From Dicyema japonicum (taxonomy: Eukaryota; Animalia; Dicyemida), in assembly GCA_011109175.1 (NCBI GenBank), contig RDEW01000002.1, forward strand, positions 1,120,676 to 1,184,675: DNA of 64,000 nt. The letters are read 5' to 3'. Under the pieces are notes generated by a model, which was given only the letters and a program-made list of their open reading frames with translations, did not search any database and was not told the origin of the DNA. The position numbers were made by a program, and so were the translations under genes. Of the stretch, positions 38,778 through 51,192 are shown piece by piece. Position 1 is the first letter of the stretch, and every line of letters begins with the position of its first letter.

Positions 38778-40010
38778 CATTATATTTTTTGGGAAAAATT
38801 TGAAATTTTTATCGAAGGTAATTCAATATTCGATTCAATAAACTTACAATTGCACTTTTTTATTTGTTTTTAATCGTGTAAAGTTACGTTTCATAAAAAA
38901 ACAATAAACAATGACAACGTATTAATAAGTTAATTATTTAACTATAAAATTATTTAAAATTAAAAGACATTGTGGATTCATGGTGGATTCATGGCGGATT
39001 CATTAAAAAAAATCTGGCGGATTCGAGAAATCATGTCAGGAAAAATGTCGGATTCGTTAATTTATTAGTTATAATTGGCGGATTCGAGAGACTTTACTGT
39101 ACATTCCTATGGGGAGACACCTGCGTCATCAAAACGTTTCAACACAACGACGAAACATCTGATCAGAGAACGAAATAATCTAAAGATGGTAAAATCGCCA
39201 CCAGAAGAGAACATCAGAAAAATACGAGAATTGAATAGAGAGATCGACAATAACATAAAGGCAGAAAATGCAAATAGATGAACGAGACTATCAAAGGCTC
39301 TCTGCAAAATTCCTCCAATGCAGAGAGTGTGGAAGTAGATCAAAAACATCAAAAGATCCTCCCAGAGAGAAAAGTCGAAGTCTACATAAAACCAGACACT
39401 CTGATAAAATATTACACGTCTATCTCCTACAAGAAGTTTTCAAAAGAACACCAAGTATTCCTGAAAACGATTGAACCGAAATGCAACAAAAATATTATTA
39501 TAGTTATATTTAAAGTAAGCTCTTATCAATTATAAATGTAACAAATTCTAAATTTTTATAAAAAATTCTTACAATTAGCATTAGTTTAATCAAATTATAT
39601 ATCTTAATTTGATAAATTAAATCAAAAAAATTTTTTTGATTTTTTTTCTAAGTCCACTAGTGCAACGCGTAGCGCTAGGTAATACGTAAGCGCCTGTGAC
39701 ACATTACATTATATCCGCCTGTGACACGCCTGTGCCACTAAAGCCCGACACCTAACCACTATACCACCCTGCTAAAAGGCAATGGAATCTTATTACGGAA
39801 TGGACAGCATTCAATGGCCGTATATCCTTACCAATTTTTCTTACTTCAACGTGTGGAAAGAATTAGAAACACCGATATGCTCAGAATTAAGACCTGCAAC
39901 CGATGATGGTGAAAGAATTAGTGAAAAGGAGAGTATAACGAGTGGGAGATAAGGAATCCTATGATAGTGCTAATAATAGTAATTAATAGTGAATAAACCA
40001 AAAATATCAA

Positions 40011-41212
40011 TTAAAGTGATTGTAGACATGTCTTTAAATAAGAGGAAAAAGCCTAAAATAAAATAAAAATAAAACAGTGGATTGTTCCACTTGGACACGT
40101 GCTAATTGTTTAAGTTTATTAATAACAAAATGGTGTCTATTATTATTCCATATAAAAATTTCTAATGATAATTAAAGGCAAACCCTCTTTAACAGATTGG
40201 TCAACACTAGTGAATCTATTAAGAGCTCTTTTCTTGTCCTCCTCATACTAGAAATAACGTAAACATAAACAAATGAGAACTCCCTCCCCCTAAGTCTAGC
40301 ATCCACAAGGTTCTTGCATGCCTCATCATAGACAACATAAAAGTAATATCTCTGCATTATTAGCTGTTTTATTATTCTGAGGTCTTCCGTTGACTGAGTC
40401 ATTGCCTCAACCAATAATTTGTCCATATTATCACACATGGTTCGTTCAAATGTCCTAATACGACTGAAATACGTACGACTATCCACAGGACACGTGAATG
40501 AGGCTCCAAAGAGTGCCAGAGTTAAGTCTAATATTATCATATTATACTTATATTAGCCCTCACTACTCCACAATGTTTCTTCTCAATATCACTCATAAGT
40601 TGGAGATGAGGCCCAATATTCTCCTTTTTTTTCTGCATGCACTCATCATTGTCCCTTAGTTTGTTTAGAGACAGCTTTGAGTCCTTCAACTTCTTAAATA
40701 ATGAATCCAATGGTGATGTACTTTTCGTCTCTAACTGACAATCTATTTATATTCACACGTTTTGCTGAAATGTCAAAAATGCTGACAAATCAGTGTCATC
40801 TCCGAATAATGAGGTCACTCGGTCTAAAAACAGTTGATATCTCCCAACAATTTTCTCAAACCTCTTCAAATATTCACTAAACTATTCACAATCTTTACGA
40901 TTTTATGTCATTCTCTATCTTTTCTCTATCATATTTCTCAGCATCATACACTACATATCCGTAGTCAAACGACACTCTCAAATCTTGATTCTGGGGAAGC
41001 CCAGGAATCTCACATCAAATCATAAATTACCCCCAATCCTACGTTCTTTTCCGCCAGTTCATCATGTAACCATATAAAGTCATCAAGAGTCCTCTTTACT
41101 TCAAATTCTTCTCCCTCACTGTTCTGCAAGTTTTATTTATTGTCACCCGTGACTTGATTTTGAATTCAGTTAATATCTCATCCTGGAATACGTCCATTAT
41201 TTTTGCCTTCAT
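40011..41212 (-). CDS. Sorting nexin 5/6-like PX-BAR protein, copy A
   Basis: MKAKIMDVFQDE...FEVKRTLDDFIWLHDEL, IPGLP, BAR-like IKQLIMQR...YDEACKNL, C-terminal LKTCLQSL; micro-introns. Confidence 0.75.
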
Positions 41213-41308
41213 TCCCAACAACGATTATTATTATATTTAAATATTTAATCTTTATTATTTGGGTTTAATTAATTACCGTGGATTATACTGCTCTACCGTT
41301 ATTATTGA

Positions 41309-41612
41309 TTTTTTAAATCTTTTAACATTTTTTAACAAAGATACAAATGTTAGTTGAGGAACCCGGCTGCGTGGATTGCGAACGAGTTGCCTCGGAGTAT
41401 GGCCATTCCTATCTTTTGTCTCACCCTTCTCGTCGATCCCTTTTCTTTCTGGCAAGCATTCCTCGGAGTTCTCGCAAGAACTCAGCCTTCATTGGACCAA
41501 CGGCTCCCGATGATTCGGTCTCAACAGGAGTAAATCGGTAGCGGTCCACGAGGCAAGAATATTTCTTGACATTTAGGTTCTCCGCTCCATGTGTCTGAAC
41601 CGATTTGAAAAT
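41309..41612 (-). mobile_element. CRE-type LINE 3' fragment (second copy 48161-48464)
   Basis: High nucleotide identity to 5751-6035 with small deletions. Confidence 0.85.
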
Positions 41613-41811
41613 AATGAATTATTTAGATTTTCATTACCGTAGTCTTGGGTATTAAATAAATTACAAGCTTCCGTTTCAGAAGAGAAGTGGACAAGTAGAT
41701 CCGCCCTCTTCCAATTTTTATGAAATGGGAAATAGAATTGGGGAAGCATAATAGAAAAATTTTGTTTGTTGTAGATAAATGTCTTGCACATAAGGGGAAT
41801 TTTATAACATT

Positions 41812-42248
41812 TACATTAGGTTTTGATTAAATTAAACCAAATTGAAATAATATTCCTACCAGCGAATACAACGTCGTTTTTGCATCTATTATCAAATCGT
41901 ACAAATGCAATTTCAGTTCTCTTAAATTTTCTAATATTATTCAAAAAATTGAAGCTGGGATAAATCCACATTCTACATACAAAAAATTAAGCCTAAAGGA
42001 TGTAATATTATTCATATATTATGCTCGGAACAAGATAGATAGTTCTAGCCTTAGTAAATTAAAAGAATTCGATAATCAAGAAGAATTCTTTAATGTCGAA
42101 AATCTTGAGTCTATTGAAGAGCTTGGATCTTCAATGATCCGAACTCTAAAAGAAACAAATCAGAACTTACTGATTTTTTGATATAAATAATTTTTTTGAT
42201 TTACATTATTAATTGATAAAAAATCAATAAGTCTCTCGAATCCGCCAG
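41812..42248 (+). mobile_element. Tigger 3' fragment (second copy about 48664-49096)
   Basis: Reverse complement of 35820-36560 without the CRE insert. Confidence 0.85.
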
Positions 42249-42385
42249 ATTTGCTGCGACAACTGCTCCTTAATAGTGTTTTTAATTGCTATAATCACAG
42301 TGTGTCTTTATGACCTGGTTTTAATTTCATCAATTTGTTTTTTTACTCAATGGTAACTAAGAATGACATAATATAGAACGTAATA

Positions 42386-44381
42386 TGTCGCAAGCGGAGA
42401 AAGCAACTTTGACACATGTCAAACCTATCATCCGCCTGTCAATCTAATTGACGACTAATCGATAAAAGAAGAAAAAAGAATCATTATATTTTTTTATTAA
42501 ATCAGGTTATTCTTGACGTCATTAACATTTATTATTATTTGTTTTATGGAAATTTAAATATTTTTTGTCGGCATATCATAACCAGCCGGTGGCTTAGTGG
42601 TTAGGTGTCGGGCTTTAGTGGCTTAGGCTACGGGTTCGAATCTCGCTGCTGTTCACCTGGTGGAAGGTTCCACGCATCTACGATGCAGAAATGGTTTGAC
42701 GAGTGACGCCGTCATCAGTGAATACTCACTGCGGAACTGGATTTGTCTACAAAGGACACTCACACAAGAAAAAGAAAAAAAAGAAGTGAAGATCATTCCT
42801 TGGTTCTACGATTAGTTAAAATTAACTGTTCTTTACTTAAATAAAGTGTGTGTCCTGCCTATGCGGAGCTATAAAATACTATGGCTCTCGTGAAAAGGCT
42901 TTATTATTATATCATAACCACAAATTAAATATTATCCACGCTAGAGAAATTTTGTCTCTTGCTTGTTATGTAACACCAGGCGTTGTTTGTGAAAGATCAA
43001 GATGAATATAATTTGTTGAGATCTTTAGTTGATAATGAAGATGTCAATCTTCCCAAGCATAGCAAGTATCGACTCAAAAAGAAAGCGGAAAATTTCATGA
43101 TTAGTGAGAGTAAATTTTATCTTAAGGATGTAAACGGGCTACACAAGCTCGTAATTGTTTCCACGAATATAGAAGAAGTGAAAATAATCGCTCGGGAGAT
43201 TCATGAGGCCAATCATTTTGGGCACAATGCATTGGAAGTTCTTGTAGAAGATTTCTTGTAATAAAAAGAGAGATCATTCGACAAATTGTTAGAGAATGCA
43301 ATATTTGCCAATTCTCAGTACCACTAAAACAATATGATGATTTCTATTCATATTGTTGTGGCCTAATGAGAGATTACAAGTCGATCTGATTGACCTTAAA
43401 AGGTCTGAAAGTTTATGTTATTTTATAGAATTAAAGATCAAAATAAACATTTTTATTGGTTGTTTTCTGTTGTTGATGTTTATTCCAAATATGCTTTACG
43501 AAAAATCTTATGAATAAAAGCGGACGTGAAGTGTCCCAGAAGAAATTTTTATGGAATACGGCCCATGTGTATATTTACAATCCAACAATGGTAAAGAATT
43601 CAAGAATTGTCATATGACAAAGTTATGCAAAGAATTTAATGTTACGAAAATACATGGAAGACCCAACAATTCCCATAGTCAAGGTTTTGGAGAGATTGAA
43701 CAACGATCACAAGTTTGTCAAAAATAGTGATTTTGGATAATAAAAAGAGTGGGTAAGATACATTCCAAGGGCTGTTTTTATATAATCAAACGCCTCACTC
43801 ATCCACAGGTAAATTGTCTCTTATATTTTTTGTGGAGTTAGTCCTTTTTAAAGATATCGTGGGATTCCAGGATTTAATACTGTAGTAAAAACAATACCAA
43901 ACGAGACAACGTAGAAAATTCAGAAAAGGTTATGTATTTAAATATATTTTAGATGAATTTGAGTTTAATTTTTTTTAAAATTAATTTCGAGTCCTCATAT
44001 TATAAGCGGATGAATAGGAATATGGGAGTACATCGCTTAAAATATGATTTGGATGTTAGAGATATCGTATTTTATTTTTGGTTAGTTAAAAGCCTCGCAT
44101 TCAAAGTATTATGAGACAAACTTTTCTTTTAGATTAACAAGGTTCGAACATCCGTACGGGAATCCAGTTACTATTGTTGCAAGATTGTCCAAAAATTTTG
44201 TCAATGTGGAAAATACTGATGGATTGGTAATGAAAATACATTCAAAAAGACTTAAGAAGTTGAATGAGTGACTAATAACAGTTAAAAATAGTAATTATTA
44301 TTAACCATGAAAAAATTAAGTTAATTTGATTGACATTGACTGGTCGCACGTAGCGCTCGTTTGTTCACTGCGCTCGCGACA
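42386..44381 (+). mobile_element. Ginger-like integrase DNA transposon with introns, copy A
   Basis: TGTCGC...GCGACA TIR; TSD TAATA at 42381-42385 and 44382-44386; HxxxH/CxxC zinc finger, QVDLID, VVDVYSKY, SNNGKEF, HSQG. Confidence 0.9.
42585..42908 (+). mobile_element. tRNA-derived SINE, recent insertion
   Basis: A box TGGCTTAGTGG, B box GGTTCGAATC, (TTA)n tail; TSD ATATCATAACCA at 42573-42584 and 42909-42920; empty site in copy B near 49420. Confidence 0.92.
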
Positions 44382-44696
44382 TAATATGAATAGAATTGAT
44401 TGCCAAAGTTACAGGTTGAATCAATAACACGAACTATTAATACGTTTTAAGTAAAAACACACTAAGTTTTTATAAGTGACTGCTTGAAAACTCACAGTCC
44501 AATCTGTTATTGCAAACGAATTCATCAGGCCTTTGGTTCAGCACTCGTTACACTGCGTCACCAGGTTATTCTTAATTCGTTGGAATATTTCTATCATCAA
44601 GTTTAGGTTGAGAGTCATCATTCAAAACGGATATTAAAGCATTTTAGGTCTGACTTTCTTCAATTGAATAGGGTACTTGTCCTCCTTGATTGGTCT

Positions 44697-46091
44697 TTTC
44701 GCACGTGTACTGCACGGGGGACACATAGATTACTCTTATATTAGGATCTTATCATTAATACGTTAATACCCGCAATGTCACAAATTCTCGATATTTGCTT
44801 ACTCTGCCACAAATTAAAGTCAATATAGGATCCTCGGAATTTCTCTGAATACCCGAATGAGGGAATGTGAATGATTATGCGCTTTCTAGACTTTATTTCA
44901 CCCCATTTTTCACAGAAACGCTGAAATTACAGTTCACCAACCTCTTTCCTAATATAAAAGTTTTTGAGTGCTCTTTCCCGCTTGCTTCGGGCCAACTTTT
45001 TCGCTTTAAAAGTAACACTCGATGTAAGAAGGATTGAGGCTTTGGTGAACTCAAAGTTTGATTTTCTAGATTTGAGTTCATTCTTGTAGTGTTTTCTCCC
45101 AAATATCCTCTCCAATATCTTTGTATGGTTACTACAGCTGCGCTAAATCCATTCTTGCTAATGAACCGTCTCCCCTAAAAGGTCATTAATTAACAAACTG
45201 GCTGATTAATGAGATCGAGAACATCCCCCTTATTTAAGCATAAATCTGCCATTTGGTGGGCCGTAATCGTAATATTGAGTCGTTGAAGGTTAGAAAATTC
45301 AGCTAATCTGCGATAATTATTGACATTTACTTGAATCCATCAATCAAAGCCAAGGGTACCGAGTATTCCTCACAGATGCCTTGTATTTTTTCCAACAAAA
45401 CAAATATTCTGACAATAAAATAAACAAACGTGTCCATGTCATCAAAATATTCCTTTTTGTATTTGAAATAATACATGTCGCTGTTGTAATTTGCCACCTT
45501 TCCGTCGATAACACGGAAAACGAAGGATTTATCACTTTCCGTCTTTTTCCGTGCATAGATCTCAATCCATTTCTAATTTTATACGATTAAACAGACGTCC
45601 GTTGAATTATCCTTACTCAACTTGTTCTGCGGTTTTTGACTTTTCAGTGAATTCCTTTTCCGTGATGTCTACTATTACGACGACATTACTGATTTTGGTT
45701 GATCTTTGATTTGCAGTTTATCAGTGACGCTGAATCTCCCCATTTTATTGTTCCTCCCTAAATAATCAGGATTGATAACCCTTCTTGTGGTCGAACTTCA
45801 ACGAGATCTACATTTAGGGGTACTCGAACTTTATTTACGAACTGTTGTCTACTTTTCTTACTGTAATCAAGGAACTCTGTGGGTCCAATCTACAGTTAGC
45901 ACATTTCACTACAGGTTGGTTGAATTTATAGTTGTTTGACACCTTACTTTTGGGTTTTGGGGGAATTAATTGCTATCATTACAATCAACTTTACTGTTTG
46001 TCTGTTTTCAGGTTTGTCATGCATAATTTTAACTTTGTAAAGAGAACTATATTGATTAATCTGCAAACTTGTCAGGTCTGATTATTGGAAG
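44697..46091 (-). pseudogene. Internal IQCH fragment, duplicate of 32615-34008
   Basis: Near-identical to the source, introns included; lacks both gene ends. Confidence 0.9.
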
Positions 46092-46310
46092 ATAAGTTGA
46101 ACATTAAAATTTACAAAAACTTGATTGAGAATATTGGATATCATTTTACTTCTTCCTACGCTTTTCGAAAAAATCATTCGTAGAAAGATTCCTTTACTTT
46201 CGTATTCAACAAATTTAAGATGACTTGGTATGTAACCACTCGGGTGAGTTTTTTACCCGCCAAAATACAAACTGCTTTCGTTAATTTAATCTCATACAAT
46301 AAAAGGTAAT

Positions 46311-46632
46311 AATAATAAAGCCTTTTCACGAGAGCCATATTATTTATAGCTCCGCATAGGCAGGACACACACTTTATTTAAGTAAAGAACAGTTAATTTT
46401 AACTAATCGTAGAACCAAGGAATGATCTTCACTTCTTTTTTTCTTTTTCTTGTGTGAGTGTCCTTTCTAGACAATCCAGTTCCGCAGTGAGTATCCACTG
46501 ATGACGGCGTCACTCGTCAAACCCTTTCTGCATCGTAGATGCGTGGAACCTTCCACCAGGTGAACAGCAGCGAGATTCGAACCCGTAGCCTAAGCCACTT
46601 AAGCCCGACACCTAACCACTATGCCAGCCGGC
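46311..46632 (-). mobile_element. tRNA-derived SINE
   Basis: Reverse complement of 42585-42908; TSD TAAAAGGYAAT. Confidence 0.9.
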
Positions 46633-46869
46633 TAAAAGGCAATGGAATCTTATTACGGAATGGACAGCATTCAATGGCCGTATATCCTTACCAATTTTTC
46701 TTACTTCAATGTGTGGGAAGAATTAGAAACACCGATATGCCCAGAATTAAGACCTGCAACCGATGATGATGTAAGAATTAGTGAAAGGAGAGTATAACAG
46801 GTGAGAGATAAGGAATCCTATGATAGTGCTAATAATAGTAATTAATAGTGAATAAACCAAAAATATCAA

Positions 46870-48064
46870 TTAAAGTGATTGTAGACATGTCTTTAAATAA
46901 GAGGAGAAAGCCTAAAATAAAATAAAAATAAAACACTGGACTGTTCCACTTGGACACGTGCTAATTGTTTAAGTTTATTAATAACAAAATGGTGTCTATT
47001 ATTATTCCATATAATTTCTAATAATAATTAAAGGCAAACCCTCTTTAACAGATTGGTCAACACTAGTGAATCTATTAAGAGCTCTTTCTTGTCCTCTCAT
47101 ACTAGAAATAACGTAAACATAAACAAATGAGAACTCCCTCCCCCTAAGTCTAGCATCCCAAGGTTCTTGCATGCCTCATCATAGACAACATAAAAGTAAT
47201 ATCTTGCATTATTAGCTGTTTTATTATTCTGAGGTCTTCCGTTGACTGAGTCATTGCCTCAACCAATAATTTGTCCATATTATCACACATGGTTCGTTCA
47301 AATGTCCTAATACGACTGAAATACGTACGACTATCCACAGGACACGTGAATGAGGCTCCAAAGAGTGCCAGAGTTAAGTCTAATATTATCATATTATACT
47401 TATATTAGCCCTCACTACTCCACAATGTTTCTTCTCAATATCACTCATAAGTTGGAGATGAGGCCCAATATTCTCCTTTTTTTTCTGCATGCACTCATCA
47501 TTGTCCCTTAGTTTGTTTAGAGACAGCTTTGAGTCCTTCAACTTCTTAAATAATGAATCCAATGGTGATGTACTTTTCGTCTCTAACTGACAATCTATTT
47601 ATATTCACACGTTTTGCTGAAATGTCAAAAATGCTGACAAATCAGTGTCATCTCCAAATAATGAGGTCACTCGGTCTAAAAACAGTTGATATCTCCCAAC
47701 AATTTTCTCAAACCTCTTCAAATATTCACTAAACTATTCACAATCTTTACGATTTTATGTCATTCTCTATCTTTTCTCCATCATATTTCTCAGCATCATA
47801 CACTACATATCCGTAGTCAAACGACACTCTCAAATCTTGATTCTGGGGAAGACCAGGAATCTCACATCAAATCATAAATTACCCCCAATCCTACGTTCTT
47901 TTCCGCCAGTTCATCATGTAACCATATAAAGTCATCAAGAGTCCTCTTTACTTCAAATTCTTCTCCCTCACTGTTCTGCAAGTTTTATTTATTGTCACCC
48001 GTGACTTGATTTTGAATTCAGTTAATATCTCATCCTGGAATACGTCCATTATTTTTGCCTTCAT
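46870..48064 (-). CDS. SNX5/6-like, copy B
   Basis: Near-identical to copy A; several 1-nt deletions (assembly error or pseudogene). Confidence 0.65.
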
Positions 48065-49232
48065 TCCCAACAACGATTATTATTATATTTAAATATTTAA
48101 TCTTTATTATTTGGGTTTAATTAATTACCGTGGATTATACTGCTCTACCGTTATTATTGATTTTTTAAATCTTTTAACATTTTTTAACAAAGATACAAAT
48201 GTTAGTTGAGGAACCCGGCTGCGTGGATTGCGAACGAGTTGCCTCGGAGTATGGCCATTCCTATCTTTTGTCTCACCCTTCTCGTCGATCCCTTTTCTTT
48301 CTGGCAAGCATTCCTCGGAGTTCTCGCAAGAACTCAGCCTTCATTGGACCAACGGCTCCCGATGATTCGGTCTCAACAGGAGTAAATCGGTAGCGGTCCA
48401 CGAGGCAAGAATATTTCTTGACATTTAGGTTCTCCGCTCCATGTGTCTGAACCGATTTGAAAATAATGAATTATTTAGATTTTATTACCGTAGTCATGGG
48501 TAATAAATAAATTACAAGCTTCCGTTTCAGAAGAGAAGTGGACAAGTAGATCCGCCCTCTTCCAATTTTTTGAAATGGGAAATAGAATTGGGGAAGCATA
48601 ATAGAAAAATTTTGTTTGTTGTAGATAAATGTCTTGCACATAAGGGGAATTTTATAACATTTACATTAGGTTTTGATTAAATTAAACCAAATTGAAATAA
48701 TATTCCTACCAGCGAATACAACGTCGTTTTTGCATCTATTATCAAATCGTACAAATGCAATTTCAGTTCTCTTAAATTTTCTAATATTATTCAAAAATTG
48801 AAGCTGGGATAAATCCACATTCTACATAAAAAAATTAAGCCTAAAGGATGTAATATTATTCATATATTATGCTCGGAACAAGATAGATAGTTCTAGCCTT
48901 AGTAAATTAAAAGAATTCGATAATCAAGAAGAATTCTTTAATGTCGAAAATCTTGAGTCTATTGAAGAGCTTGGATCTTCAATGATCCAACTCTAAAAGA
49001 AACAAATCAGAACTTACTGATTTTTTGATATAAATAATTTTTTTGATTTACATTATTAATTGATAAAAAATCAATAAGTCTCTCGAATCCGCCAGATTTG
49101 CTGCGACAACTGCTCCTCAATAGTGTTTTTAATTGCTATAATCACAGTGTGTCTTTATGACCTGGTTTTAATTTCATCAATTTGTTTGTTTACTCAATGG
49201 TAACTAAGAATGATATAATATAGAACGTAATA

Positions 49233-50875
49233 TGTCGCAAGCGCAGAAAGAAACTTTGACACATGTCAAACCTATCATCCGCCTGTCAATCTAATTGACG
49301 ACTAATCGATAAAAAGAAGAAAAAAGAATCATTATATTTTTTTATTAAATCAGATTATTCTTGACGTCATTAACATTTATTATTATTTGTTTTATGGAAA
49401 TTTAAATATTTTTTGTCGGCATATCATAACCACAAATTAATATTATCTACGCTGGCGAAATTTTGTCTCTTGCCTGTTATGTCACATCACGTTTGTTTGT
49501 GAAAGATCAAGATGAATATAATTTGTTGAGATCTTTACTTAATAATGAGGATGTCGATCTCCCCAAGCATAGGAAGTATCGACTCAAAAAGAAAGCCGAA
49601 AATTTCATAATCAATGAGGGGAGATTATATCTTAAGGATGTAAATGGGCTACACAAGCTCGTAATTTTTTCCACGAATATAGAATAAATGAATATAATCG
49701 CTCGGGAGATTCATGAGGCCAATCATTTTGGGCACAATCCATTGGAAGTTCTTTGTAGAAGATTTCTTATAATAAAAAGAGAGATCATTCGACAAATTGT
49801 TAGAGAATGCAATATTTGTCAATTCTCAGTACCACTAAAACAATATGATGATTTCTATTCATATTGTTGTGGCCTAATGAGAGATTACAAGTCGATCTGA
49901 TTGATTAAAAGGTCTGAAAGTTTATGTTATTTTATAGATTTAAAGATCAAAATAAACATTTTTTGGTTGTTTTTCTGTTGTTGATGTCTATTCCAAATAT
50001 GCTTTTACGAAAAATCTTATGAATAAAAGTGGAAGTGAAGTGTCCCAGAAGAAAATTTTATGGAATACGGCCCATGTATATATTTAAATCCAACAATGGT
50101 ACAGAATTCAAGAATTGTCATATGACAAAGTTATGCAAATAATTTAATGTTACGCAAATACATGGAAGATTTAACAATCCCCATAGTCAAGGGTTTTGAA
50201 GAGATTGAACCAACGATCACAAGTTTGTCAAAAATAGTGAGTTTGGATAATAAAAAGAGTGGTAAGATACATTCCAAGGGCTGTTTTTATATAATCAAAC
50301 GCCTCACTCATCCACAGGTAAATTGTTTTATATTTTTTGTGGGAGTTAGTCCGTTCCAAAGATATCGTGGGATTCCAGGATTTAATACTGTAGTAAAAAC
50401 AATACCGAACGAGACAACGTAGAAACATTCAAAAAAGGTTTTGTATATAAATAAATTTTAGATGATTTCGAGTTTAATTTTCCTAAAATTAATTTGGATT
50501 CCTCATATTATAAAAGGATGAATAGGAAAATGGGAGTACATTGCTCAAAATATGATTTGGATGTTGGAGATATCGTATTCTATTTTTAGTTAGTTAAAAA
50601 ACTCGCATTCAAAAGATTATGAGACGAATTTTTCTTTTAATTAACAAAGTTCGAACATCCGTACGGGAATCCAGTTACTATTGTTGCAAAATTGTCTAAC
50701 AATTTTGTCAATGTGGAAAATAGTGATGGATCGGTAATGAAAATACATTCAAAAAGACTTAAGAAGTTGAATGAGTCACTAATAACAGTTAAAAATAATT
50801 ATTATTCTTAATCTTGAAAAAAATAAGTTAATTTGATTGACATTGACTGGTCGCGCGTAGCGCTCGTTTGCGACA
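49233..50875 (+). mobile_element. Ginger-like transposon, copy B (no SINE)
   Basis: Same termini; TSD TAATA/TAACA. Confidence 0.88.
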
Positions 50876-51192
50876 TAACATGAAGTTAATTGATTGCCAA
50901 AGTTACAGGTTGAATCAAAAACACCAACAATTAATACGTTTTAAGTAAAAGCAAACTAAGTTTTTATAAGTGATTGCTTGAAAACTCACAGTCCAATCTG
51001 TTATTGCAAACGAATTCATCAGGCCTTTTGTTCAGCACTCGTTGCACTGCGTCACCAGGTTATTCTTAATTTGGTGGGATATTTCTATCATCAAGTTTAG
51101 GTTGAGAGTCATCATTCAAAACAGATATTAAAGCATTTTAGGTCTGACTTTCTTCAATTGAATAGGGTACTTGTCCTCCACTTGATTGGTCT

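Larger units (their letters stand above)
35757..39099 (-). mobile_element. Tigger/pogo DNA transposon with nested insertions
   Basis: 27-bp TIR CAGTAAAGTCTCTCGAATCCGCCAATT at 35757-35783 and 39073-39099; TA on the right flank, AA on the left; transposase from ATG 38894 with YNVDETGL, DRVSVMLCTN, KILFVVD; disrupted. Confidence 0.92.

Noticed and set aside
42585-42660. tRNA gene
   Set aside because: A/B boxes present but no full cloverleaf; it is the SINE head
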